Below are positions 9,262-19,120 of a stretch of DNA of 32,000 nt, in pieces (positions within the stretch are counted from its first letter, which is position 1; each line of letters opens with the position of its first letter). This DNA comes from a virus: positions 76,042 to 108,041 of the IMG/VR virus record IMGVR_UViG_3300045988_182237; one strand, written 5' to 3'. The position numbers were made by a program, and so were the translations under genes. The notes beneath the pieces were generated by a model. That model was not told where the DNA came from, did not search any database, and saw only the letters and a list, made by a program, of their open reading frames with translations.

Positions 9262-9337
9262 GCGCGTTTTACCTCCTTATGTTTGCGGTTTTGCGGCTAT
9301 TGAAGATTTTTCGTGGTTTTATTACTTTTAATTCATA

Positions 9338-10876
9338 CTACACAAACAATATGCCAGAATTTTTTGCAACAAATTTGCATTTACTCGCCGTTATTGAGTT
9401 TGCGTTAGAGTCTTTGTATGTTGTTGCTTTTCCGTCTTTAGAGCCAGCTATTCCTTGCATTATATGAACATGCTTTCCAACAAGAAATATGCTTCCTGGA
9501 TAGTTACGGTTCATGTTTCTGTATGTTGGATGGTGCTCTTTAACTTTAAGCTTGCAAACATCATTCGGATGCTCTTTGCGAAATTCTTCTAGGCTGGCAG
9601 CTTCTTGTTCCGTTGCTTTATGCCGATTTATAGCAACTGCCTTATTATCGAGTGTGTACACGCGGTTCATATTTTCATTGTTTAACACTCTTCTATCATG
9701 ACGGCGGAACTGTTTAAGCTCATACGGCATATGATTGTTGATGTTGCTATCACAGACATTGCTCGGCAAGACAGAACAAGTAATGCAGTAAGCGTCGAGC
9801 CAATGGTCTTTACTTACACCGTGCGCTGCACGATAGTCATGGGTGCTCTTTCCTGCTGTCACAAAAAAGTGCTTTGGAAATAGCACACTCAATTTATTCG
9901 TCAGTGCCGGAATGATTTGATTCAATACACTCAAAGCGCCGTACTTTTTGTTAAGTCCAACTTTTTCTTCGGCAAGTTTCTTTTGCCAGGCAGCATCTTT
10001 ATGAACAAGGTTATGATGCTCCGCGCATAGACCAACGATATTGGCAATGGTGTTGCTGCCATTCTCGGATTGCGGCACTACATGGTGGTAATGGTCGATG
10101 GGTTTATCGCAGAACAGGCAATGGTGTTCCTGCATTTCAGAAACAGCATTTTCAAGACTCCCTTTTTGGTAGAGTGGGCCTTGTTGGTACTGCCATTTCT
10201 GAATGTCAGGATTATCAAGCCGCATGAACGCAAATTTGTTTACTTCAAGCACAACATCACTGATAGGAAGGAACTTTTGAATTTTTCTCACCAAATTGAT
10301 GTGTGTTTGGAGCAACTGATTCGCGGTAGGCGTAAGCCATCCTTCCGGTCTTGTGCGATTGGTGTACTTTGCTTCTTTGTTTTTAATACCAATGCAGAGT
10401 ACATCTTTCTTATAACCCGGAAGGCGACGTTTGATGATGCCAATTTCTTTTGCACGTTTGCTAGGATTCTTACTTTGAGCAGTATCTTGCTTCACGCACT
10501 TCTTAGAAATGGTGCCATTTGCCTTAGCTCTCCGCTGACGGCGACAACGTCTGCCGTTTGTGCGTCTTGCACGGCGGGCTTTTTTACGGTCTTGCATCAA
10601 TTTTGGAACCTCTTTGTTGCGAGTTTCCAGATGTGCCGTAAAGACTGCCGTTCCATTTGCTTTAACAACGGCAACGCCGATATTGGTTCTACCAGGGTCA
10701 ATGCCTAAATATAGGGGCTGCACTACATCATTGGTTTCATACAGCAGTTGGATGGTAAACGGTTTTGCTCTTACGACTCGTGCTTTCTGCTCTTTAAGCA
10801 GGTGGCGCACATGTCCGCCGCGAGTCGTAGGCATCAAAGGTTTACCGTCTTTGTTAAGTACATAAACAGTGGACAT
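9338..10876 (-). CDS. iscB: IscB-family RNA-guided nuclease (IscB1)
   Basis: PLMP motif (KPLMPTT), RuvC-I LGIDPGRTNIGVAVV, Arg-rich bridge helix, RuvC-II VLEVNKF, HNH DHYHHVVPQSENGSNTIANIVGLCAEHH, RuvC-III HWLDAY; 512 aa from MSTVYVLNKDG after an aaaggagg RBS. Confidence 0.93.
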   Translation of the reverse strand: MSTVYVLNKDGKPLMPTTRGGHVRHLLKEQKARVVRAKPFTIQLLYETNDVVQPLYLGIDPGRTNIGVAVVKANGTAVFTAHLETRNKEVPKLMQDRKKARRARRTNGRRCRRQRRAKANGTISKKCVKQDTAQSKNPSKRAKEIGIIKRRLPGYKKDVLCIGIKNKEAKYTNRTRPEGWLTPTANQLLQTHINLVRKIQKFLPISDVVLEVNKFAFMRLDNPDIQKWQYQQGPLYQKGSLENAVSEMQEHHCLFCDKPIDHYHHVVPQSENGSNTIANIVGLCAEHHNLVHKDAAWQKKLAEEKVGLNKKYGALSVLNQIIPALTNKLSVLFPKHFFVTAGKSTHDYRAAHGVSKDHWLDAYCITCSVLPSNVCDSNINNHMPYELKQFRRHDRRVLNNENMNRVYTLDNKAVAINRHKATEQEAASLEEFRKEHPNDVCKLKVKEHHPTYRNMNRNYPGSIFLVGKHVHIMQGIAGSKDGKATTYKDSNANSITASKCKFVAKNSGILFV

Positions 10877-10884
10877 ATTCGCCA

Positions 10885-11080
10885 CCTCCTTTACGATAAA
10901 TCTCTCCTGCCGAAGCAGGAGGTTGTGTTTCCCTTGGCTAGATGACGCCTTCGCATGGTTGCAAGCTGGGAAAACCGTACAAGTGCAGCTCGTCATCTTG
11001 ATGTACAAAAGTACATCCGCCTGTGATATTGAAGGAACTTAGTGGGATGGGGTCATTCCACTAAAATTCTTCAATACCCC
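10885..11080 (-). ncRNA. candidate omega-RNA (HEARO-like) of IscB1
   Basis: Directly 5' of iscB1; stems ATTGAAG/CTTCAAT, AGTGG/CCACT, GATGTAC-TTTT-GTACATC, GATGACG/CGTCATC, CTCCTGC-TTCG-GCAGGAG. Confidence 0.7.
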
Positions 11081-11291
11081 TAATGCCGAGGAGTGAGAGA
11101 CCCACCACGCCGATAAGCAAAGTGAGGAGTCCAAGTCCAAAAGCAAAGGCAATATATTGAATTACGTCGATGAGTTTAAGCCATTTTGCGACTGCAGCGC
11201 CTAAAATAATCAACAGGCCAAAGCAGCCGGTCAGATAAATGAGCAAGCCAAACTGTGCAGTTCTACTGAAAATCGATTCGAGTGTTTTCAT
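11061..11291 (-). CDS. small two-TM membrane protein
   Basis: MKTLESIFSRTAQFGLLIYLTGCFGLLIILGAAVAKWL... with RBS gaaagga; one of only two TAG stops seen. Confidence 0.7.
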   Translation of the reverse strand: MKTLESIFSRTAQFGLLIYLTGCFGLLIILGAAVAKWLKLIDVIQYIAFAFGLGLLTLLIGVVGLSLLGIRGIEEF

Positions 11292-11315
11292 GAGAAACTC
11301 CTTTCTACAAATTTC

Positions 11316-11343
11316 ATGGTATGCAATTCGCAAGAACCTGCAA
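11316..11343 (-). promoter_or_regulatory. promoter TTGCAG-GTTCTTGCGAATTGCA-TACCAT (no cassette RNA)
   Basis: 16 bp spacer with TGCGA; just downstream of a terminator. Confidence 0.65.
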
Positions 11344-11353
11344 TAGGAAAACA

Positions 11354-11384
11354 AAAAAAGCTGCCCAGCCGAAGCTGGACAGCT
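11354..11384 (-). terminator. intrinsic terminator of 11401..11781 gene
   Basis: Minus: GCTGTCCAGCTTCGGCTGGGCAGCTTTTTTT. Confidence 0.8.
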
Positions 11385-11400
11385 TGTGTGTTGTAGTATT

Positions 11401-11781
11401 TTAGCGTCTGTTGTCTCTCTCTTGTCTCCTGCGTTCGCGCTCCTCATACTCTTTTTTCTGATACTTGAGTCGTTCATTCAGCAGGAAGGAGTTTTCATCG
11501 CGAGTCATTTGCAGTTTTACCTCGTACCAGCAGCCGTAAAGAAAGGCTGCCAGAATGCAGAAGCCAACGATTTTGACTAAGAGGTTGAAAAGAACGTTCA
11601 CAATAACCGGGAAAATATAGCCGATGGCTTTGGCGATAAGCAGGATGAGCCCACCGAAGACAACGATTTTTGCGATTGTCTGAACAACGGGCGGGAAATC
11701 GCCCAGGACTTTGGAAATGGTATCGTTAATTTTGGTGATGATATTAGTGTTTTTGCCACCGTTGTTATTATTTTCTGCCAT
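11401..11781 (-). CDS. membrane protein, hypothetical
   Basis: MAENNNNGGKNTN start after aaaggagg; two hydrophobic segments. Confidence 0.75.
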   Translation of the reverse strand: MAENNNNGGKNTNIITKINDTISKVLGDFPPVVQTIAKIVVFGGLILLIAKAIGYIFPVIVNVLFNLLVKIVGFCILAAFLYGCWYEVKLQMTRDENSFLLNERLKYQKKEYEERERRRQERDNRR

Positions 11782-11878
11782 GTCGGTTCCTCCTTTTTGT
11801 GCCAATTATAGCATATATCGGTACAAAACGCTACACACCACATGAGGAATCTCGATGTTTAAGCAATGGCTCAACAAA

Positions 11879-11910
11879 AAAATGCCGCCACCCTTTCGGA
11901 TGACGGCAAG
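11879..11910 (-). terminator. intrinsic terminator of GHKL ATPase gene
   Basis: Minus: TGCCGTCATCCGAAAGGGTGGCGGCATTTTTTT. Confidence 0.7.
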
Positions 11911-11915
11911 TGATG

Positions 11916-13496
11916 TTATTTCTTCACGGGGATATTCTGGTCAAGAATAACATCGAAGTTGTAGTGCGGCATCTTAGATGCATCACCACCAGCAGCTTCG
12001 AGGGTCATGTAGAAGTCCTCGTCATTCATAGCCTGCACGAGAGTGTTCATCTCGTCGCAGGTATGTTTGAGCATAGGACCGCGCTTATTGCAGAACATCA
12101 CAGCCGAAACAGGCTGAATGCCCTGTGCAACCATGCCATCCCAATGAGTCCGCAGCTCGGTTACAGACTTCAAAGTAGCAACGCCGCTCATGAAGTCATA
12201 AATCTTGCAGTGGGACTCGTCGATATGTTCCAGAACGTCGATACGAGTCCGGTTTGCGTACAGAGGGAACTGGAGTTCAACTTCATTCCCGGTGTCTGCA
12301 ACCAGCCGATTTGCAAAATCCTGCGCATATTTCTCAAGAGTGAGAGGCTCGCTTTCGAGAGGCTTCACGTTTTCGGCAATAGCGTCGAAAATTTTACGCC
12401 ATCCCTTGTCGCTCAGGTCGATATCCGACTTGTTGGCGAGGGTATTCAAGAACCCACGCGGCAGACCGGAAATATCAACAGCAACAACGCCGGTGAAAGC
12501 GTTGAAGGCCGGGTGACGAGCCTTGTCCCAGATGGTATCAAACTGAGCGGTGGCGATAACACGCTCGCCGAGCTGGATATCCAAGCCCTGCGTAAGCATG
12601 TTGTTCTGGTAGAAATGCTTCAAGTCATAGCCACCAGTAACAACACCTTTGGTCGCATCCGTATCCAGCTGACCACACTCAACCTTGACAGGAATCTCGT
12701 ACCCATCATAGTCAACAGTGAAGTTCTTTTCCTTCTGCTTCTCCTTATACGGCTGGAAAATAGGCTTGACGAGCACATCGCACGTCTTGCCATTCGCCAT
12801 ATGGAAATCAGGAATCAGGATACGGGCGGGAGCAACGCCGGTAGCGTCAGGTGCCAAGTAATTGCGGTACTTGACACCAAAGTGCTCAGCCAGGCAGGTA
12901 CGCAGCACGTTCAGGCTGGTGACCCGGCTCTCAGCGCAGCTGCCGTTCTTGGTCAGCATGGTGCTGGCGGTAGCCTTGTCCATCTCCACATAGATGATGG
13001 TAGAAGGAGCGCCAAGAGCCTTAAACTGCTCACGCATAACGACATCTGCCATAGGAATCTCTTCCTGCTCGGACATCGTCATGGTCGTGGCGAACGGGCC
13101 GTCAACGCGGTGATAGCTGTCCTCTCCAGGCTGCTTGGAAGCGATGAACCAGGGATACTTGTTGCGGGTGGCAACCAAAATGAAATTATTAAGGCCAACG
13201 CCATGGATGCACAGCGGGCCCTCATTGCTGTGGCCGTTGCCAAACTGTAGGTTTTCCGGCAGCTTTTCCTTAGACATACCATTGCCCCAGTCGGCAATAA
13301 CCACACCAATTAGGTTTTTGGCATGGCCTTTCACAATCGCGACCAAGATGTTAATGGCATCTTTGCAATTAGAGATGGCATTATCAACCGGCTCACAAGC
13401 GGCATCGCTCATGGGTAACTTCTGGCGCGAAATAGCGTCAAAGTAATGGTTGGTGATGCCGACGTTGAAAGTGATGTTGTTGTTCTTCTTAGCCAT
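11916..13496 (-). CDS. GHKL-fold (Hsp90/MutL/MORC-like) ATPase domain protein
   Basis: N-box-like EPVDNAISNCKDA, G1-like ADWGNGMS, G2-like GNGHSNEGPLCIHGVGLNNF. Confidence 0.7.
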   Translation of the reverse strand: MAKKNNNITFNVGITNHYFDAISRQKLPMSDAACEPVDNAISNCKDAINILVAIVKGHAKNLIGVVIADWGNGMSKEKLPENLQFGNGHSNEGPLCIHGVGLNNFILVATRNKYPWFIASKQPGEDSYHRVDGPFATTMTMSEQEEIPMADVVMREQFKALGAPSTIIYVEMDKATASTMLTKNGSCAESRVTSLNVLRTCLAEHFGVKYRNYLAPDATGVAPARILIPDFHMANGKTCDVLVKPIFQPYKEKQKEKNFTVDYDGYEIPVKVECGQLDTDATKGVVTGGYDLKHFYQNNMLTQGLDIQLGERVIATAQFDTIWDKARHPAFNAFTGVVAVDISGLPRGFLNTLANKSDIDLSDKGWRKIFDAIAENVKPLESEPLTLEKYAQDFANRLVADTGNEVELQFPLYANRTRIDVLEHIDESHCKIYDFMSGVATLKSVTELRTHWDGMVAQGIQPVSAVMFCNKRGPMLKHTCDEMNTLVQAMNDEDFYMTLEAAGGDASKMPHYNFDVILDQNIPVKK

Positions 13497-13580
13497 AATA
13501 TAACCCCGTAACGTGGGGCTGCCGTGCTGCTCTCGAATTTATCTCCACAGCAATGTGAGCCCCATATATCGGGGATGTTA

Positions 13581-13949
13581 TTATTCTTTTTTGTTGTTTG
13601 TTTTGCAGGAGCCGCTGACGATATCAGAAATCGCTTCTTTGACAGCTCCGAAAACGTCAGCTGATTTCAGAAAGTCTTCGGCCAATCCTTTGATGTGGCT
13701 GTAATTTTTGAAGACTTTCTTGACAAGAAATGCGCCAGCGATTGATACTACTGCCAAAAGCAGCAGAAATTTCGCGGCATCGGTCAGTTTCACTTGCTCC
13801 AGCAGGAGCGCGAGTATCACACCATCTTTGCTCAGCTAGGTCTTAATTAGACCGTGAACGAATGAACCATAGCTAACTGCAAATTGCTTAGCTTTGGTTT
13901 CGTGGTTGCTGATAATGGTGTCTACTCGCTAAATTATGTTTCGAATCAT
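13581..13949 (-). CDS. small membrane protein with two in-frame TAG codons (track lists only 13581..13820)
   Basis: ATG at 13949 follows aaggaggac; TAG at 13929..13931 and 13836..13838 in frame: MIRNII(TAG)RVDTIISNHETKAKQFAVSYGSFVHGLIKT(TAG)LSKDGVILALLLEQVKL...; GTG at 13820 lacks a clear RBS. Confidence 0.5.
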
Positions 13950-14174
13950 GATAATGTCCTCCTTAAAGGTTTGTAATTGTTATACGGTATATAAATACGC
14001 TCTTAACGCGGCGTTCGCGTGCAGGAACATTTATATAAACACATTGACGCAGTGTATACGTGCCATGCTGATTAGCATGACAATTCTATGTAATCAGCCT
14101 TTTCTTCGGCTGTCAGAAGTCCACATTCCGTGGGATAAATCTATATAAAACGCAGAAAGTCTGCGGGAATCCTC

Positions 14175-14266
14175 AAAAAGAAAAAGGACAGAAACCCAAT
14201 ATGGGCATCTGTCCTTCTTCCAGGAGGTATATGAACTATGGCAAATCAATGATATCTCTGTTACAT
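14175..14266 (-). ncRNA. cassette RNA copy 8, divergent sequence with same architecture
   Basis: Stem AUG(U)AAC/GUUCAU at 14231..14266, then GGACAGATGCCCATATTGGGTTTCTGTCCTTTTTCTTTTT at 14175..14214. Confidence 0.5.
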
Positions 14267-14271
14267 TATCT

Positions 14272-14299
14272 ATTTTATGGGTGTCGCACACGCCGTCAA
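14272..14299 (-). promoter_or_regulatory. promoter TTGACG-GCGTGTGCGACACCCA-TAAAAT
   Basis: 16 bp spacer with TGCGA. Confidence 0.7.
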
Positions 14300-14531
14300 G
14301 AAGCTGTATAAACTTTTTTGAAAAAAGTTTGCACACGTGTTAGTGGCTTTTTAGAATGTTACAACATCGTGCAAAGTCGTGCAACATTGTGTTTAGTTCT
14401 CCGATACAGAGCAAACAAAAGATACTGTACCACTCCAATCACCGGAAGTAAGATTAGCTTTTACCGTATAGTTTGAGGTGATACTAGCCAAGGCATCGTC
14501 ACGTTTCCACGTTGTTTTGGGTGTTTCCACT

Positions 14532-14559
14532 ATTATCGGGAAATCGCAAAAAATGTCAA
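14532..14559 (-). promoter_or_regulatory. promoter TTGACA-TTTTTTGCGATTTCCC-GATAAT
   Basis: Consensus -35, 16 bp spacer with TGCGA; no recognised CDS directly downstream. Confidence 0.65.
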
Positions 14560-14562
14560 AAA

Positions 14563-14601
14563 GAAAAAGCCGTCCACCAAACGGTGAACGGCTTTCGTGA
14601 C
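14563..14601 (-). terminator. intrinsic terminator of 14605..15207 gene
   Basis: Minus: AAAGCCGTTCACCGTTTGGTGGACGGCTTTTTCTTTTT. Confidence 0.8.
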
Positions 14602-14604
14602 AAT

Positions 14605-15207
14605 TTATACTGCGGCGAGAACTTCTTTCAAAGTCATTTTGTCAATGCCTGCAAATTCTACAGCGGCAGTAGCCCAAAAGAAATCGCTGGCGCGGCATTC
14701 GTCGTATATCGGGTCAAATTCGTTACATTCGGTTTTGATGTCGAAAAATTCTTCACGGGAGAATCGTTCACACGGAATCCCTGCATTCCTCTGTACGAAA
14801 TCTTTAATTCCATCGGTCATAATGGAGCAGCCAATCTCAAGGGTGTCGTCCGAGAGACTATCCCCATATGTGTTATATGATAGACCATAGTGAGATACAT
14901 AGGTTGCGCGGCTTGCACCAGTATATTCGCTCTCGAGAAATTCACTAACAGTCTGCTCCAAAGATACCTTTCCATCTTCGTACAATTCACCAGAATAATC
15001 ATACGGGCAATCATTGCTGCGCCATTCATAATGAGTGGGAATGGGGTTCAGCATTGCTGCCAAACTCTCCAAAATTTTCTCTCTAATTACATCCTTCTGA
15101 GCAAGAAAAAGCGAATTCACATATTCTGCGATTTCATCTTCATTCTGCTTGATATAGTCGATACATTGTTGCATGTTTTCGGTAACAGGAGCTTCATGTG
15201 ATTTCAT
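14605..15207 (-). CDS. hypothetical protein
   Basis: 200 aa ORF with upstream promoter and RBS. Confidence 0.8.
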   Translation of the reverse strand: MKSHEAPVTENMQQCIDYIKQNEDEIAEYVNSLFLAQKDVIREKILESLAAMLNPIPTHYEWRSNDCPYDYSGELYEDGKVSLEQTVSEFLESEYTGASRATYVSHYGLSYNTYGDSLSDDTLEIGCSIMTDGIKDFVQRNAGIPCERFSREEFFDIKTECNEFDPIYDECRASDFFWATAAVEFAGIDKMTLKEVLAAV

Positions 15208-15233
15208 TATTGATACCTTCTTTCTATTATTTT

Positions 15234-15261
15234 AGTGTACGCGATTCGCACATATTAGCAA
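15234..15261 (-). promoter_or_regulatory. promoter TTGCTA-ATATGTGCGAATCGCG-TACACT (no cassette RNA)
   Basis: 16 bp spacer with TGCGA; -35 overlaps tail of terminator GCCGCTTGCCCTTCACAGGGTGAGCGGCTTTTGC. Confidence 0.65.
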
Positions 15262-15292
15262 AAGCCGCTCACCCTGTGAAGGGCAAGCGGCA
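15262..15292 (-). terminator. intrinsic terminator
   Basis: Minus: GCCGCTTGCCCTTCACAGGGTGAGCGGCTTTT. Confidence 0.65.
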
Positions 15293-15297
15293 AGAGG

Positions 15298-15543
15298 TTA
15301 AGATTTGATGTACAAGGACGTTCCCTTAAACGGATTCAAGAGACCGGGCTTATACTTAGTGTGGACATACTCTGCGATTTCAGCGTCCGGCATGGCGCTC
15401 AATACATCAAGCCAACATTCAGCATTGATTGCCATGAGGCCACCCATGCCAAGAGCATTTTCACAGCGTTTGATGTCAGAGGCAAATGCGTCGTGAAAGT
15501 CACAGGACTCCGCAGCTTTTACGATGCGGTCGAAGTCATACAT
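15298..15543 (-). CDS. hypothetical protein
   Basis: Start at MYDFDRIVK just after ligA; RBS aaggagg. Confidence 0.75.
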   Translation of the reverse strand: MYDFDRIVKAAESCDFHDAFASDIKRCENALGMGGLMAINAECWLDVLSAMPDAEIAEYVHTKYKPGLLNPFKGTSLYIKS

Positions 15544-15557
15544 ACCACAAGACCTCC

Positions 15558-17624
<2,067 letters not shown>

Positions 17625-17659
17625 TTACCTCACATATGTATTGTTTTGTTTTTTGTGAA

Positions 17660-17693
17660 CCTCCCCACCTAAGCCTTACGGCTATAGACGGGG
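17660..17693 (+). repeat. solo IS-end-like hairpin CCTCCCCACCTAAGCCTTACGGCTATAGACGGGG
   Basis: Same CCTAA-[stem-loop]-TATAGAYGG frame as the two hairpins flanking iscB2, in opposite orientation. Confidence 0.5.
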
Positions 17694-17715
17694 CGTGCGC
17701 TCTTCATAGTTCTCA

Positions 17716-18525
17716 TCAAAGGGTAATGGTTTGAGATTCCGTTGTGGCCTGGCTGACATCTTCAATACCATCCACAAAAACTGTTGTTCTGATAAGGATA
17801 CGGAAAGGAACGCCCTTTTGCCAGGTGGTGTTTGCACGGAGTTCATCCACCAGGCCAATCAGTGCCTGCATCTTGAGCATTTCGATGGTATAGCGAGTCG
17901 GAACCATGGTTCGGGTCGTCTCGAGATGAAAATGCCGATTTTTCTCATTGTATCCGAGAGAATCGTTCGTAACATCCATTTTTGCAACAACGGTGTAGTC
18001 GCTTTTAGGGATATCCTCAAACGGTTCCAGAGACTTATCCAATTCTACCATGCGTTTATCGAAGTCTGCAATGATGCGGGCTTTCTCTTTCTCGTAAACT
18101 TCACTCGCCTGCCGAACCTGCTCCCGATAACACTTCACACACTCTTCTTTCGTGTAGAAGATGTTGACGGAAGTGCCGGGGCAGCAGCGATACCCGGTGT
18201 TGTCCAATGGGGTAATGACGGTTGAAGAAATCTTACCCCGATTTACCGGCCGAAAATAGACCGGAGAATAATAGATGGTTTTGCTCGTTTCTTTTGCGTC
18301 CGTTACAACAACCGGGGTAGGCTTGATGTTACGAATCGGCTTTTTGGTCGGGTCTGCATTTGCGCGATAATCGCAAATCCAAGCCATTTTGCCGATGACG
18401 TTTTCAAGACCTTCGGCGTAATCGTACATACCGAGGTCGTTTGTCTGGCGTGGAGGATAATTTTCTCCGGAGCCTTTAATCATCAGCTTGACGCCGTTTT
18501 CTGTGAGATATTCGTTTAATTTCAT
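17716..18525 (-). CDS. hypothetical protein
   Basis: Start at MKLNEYLTENG after an aggaaaaa RBS; 269 aa. Confidence 0.75.
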   Translation of the reverse strand: MKLNEYLTENGVKLMIKGSGENYPPRQTNDLGMYDYAEGLENVIGKMAWICDYRANADPTKKPIRNIKPTPVVVTDAKETSKTIYYSPVYFRPVNRGKISSTVITPLDNTGYRCCPGTSVNIFYTKEECVKCYREQVRQASEVYEKEKARIIADFDKRMVELDKSLEPFEDIPKSDYTVVAKMDVTNDSLGYNEKNRHFHLETTRTMVPTRYTIEMLKMQALIGLVDELRANTTWQKGVPFRILIRTTVFVDGIEDVSQATTESQTITL

Positions 18526-18556
18526 ATTTTTTCCTTTCTGTGATTTGTGGTTGAGT

Positions 18557-18961
18557 TCAGCGGGTGTTTGTGAGTACGGCAACAACCAGCTCCTCGTAGT
18601 CCTCGATGGCACAGTAGATGTCAGCGAAACCATAGGCGTGGCCACGGTCGTAGGCTTTTTGCCAGAGGATGGTTGCAGCCTTTTTGGAAATGCTGCGTTT
18701 CGTTTCGGCTTTGATGTCTTCCTGAATTTGAAGTTCGATAGCTTCCGAGATGTGTTCGATTTCTGCATTCTGCGCCTTCTTCAGCCGAGAGCATTCCGCA
18801 TCCCAGGCTTTTTGTCGGCGAACGACCTCTTCCCTGTTCCAGCGCACCGATTTCTCTTCGTCGATGATTTCACCGTCTTTCGGGCGTTTAGAGTTGGGCC
18901 TTGTTGGTCTTTTCCAAGCAGTTTCGAGTCGGTTGCCAAGATTTGTCCATACGTTATCCAT
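18557..18961 (-). CDS. hypothetical protein
   Basis: 134 aa ORF after cassette copy 5. Confidence 0.75.
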   Translation of the reverse strand: MDNVWTNLGNRLETAWKRPTRPNSKRPKDGEIIDEEKSVRWNREEVVRRQKAWDAECSRLKKAQNAEIEHISEAIELQIQEDIKAETKRSISKKAATILWQKAYDRGHAYGFADIYCAIEDYEELVVAVLTNTR

Positions 18962-18984
18962 AGTTAAACTCCTTTTTTGTACGC

Positions 18985-19081
18985 AAAAAGGCGAACCTCC
19001 CGGTGTGGGAAGTCCGCCTTAAAGCGAAGTGTGAATTGTACGAGCACACAGTGTGCTTAGTAGATGGTATCTATCGTACAA
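18985..19081 (-). ncRNA. cassette RNA copy 5 (stem-loop 19036..19081, terminator-like 18985..19019)
   Basis: TTGTACGATAGATACCATCTACTAAGCACACTGTGTGCTCGTACAA; GGCGGACTTCCCACACCGGGAGGTTCGCCTTTTT. Confidence 0.65.
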
Positions 19082-19086
19082 GCTAA

Positions 19087-19114
19087 ATTATACGGGTCTC
19101 GCACGAAAGCGCAA
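19087..19114 (-). promoter_or_regulatory. promoter TTGCGC-TTTCGTGCGAGACCCG-TATAAT
   Basis: Consensus -10, 16 bp spacer with TGCGA. Confidence 0.75.
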
Positions 19115-19120
19115 GATTAT

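Noticed and set aside
11910-13250. 446-aa plus-strand ORF opposite the GHKL ATPase gene
   Set aside because: No RBS or recognisable domain; the minus strand encodes the ATPase motifs.
14000-14040. TTCCTGCACGCGAACGCCGCGTTAAGA as an additional family promoter
   Set aside because: ACGCGA instead of TGCGA and poor hexamers at 16-bp spacing.
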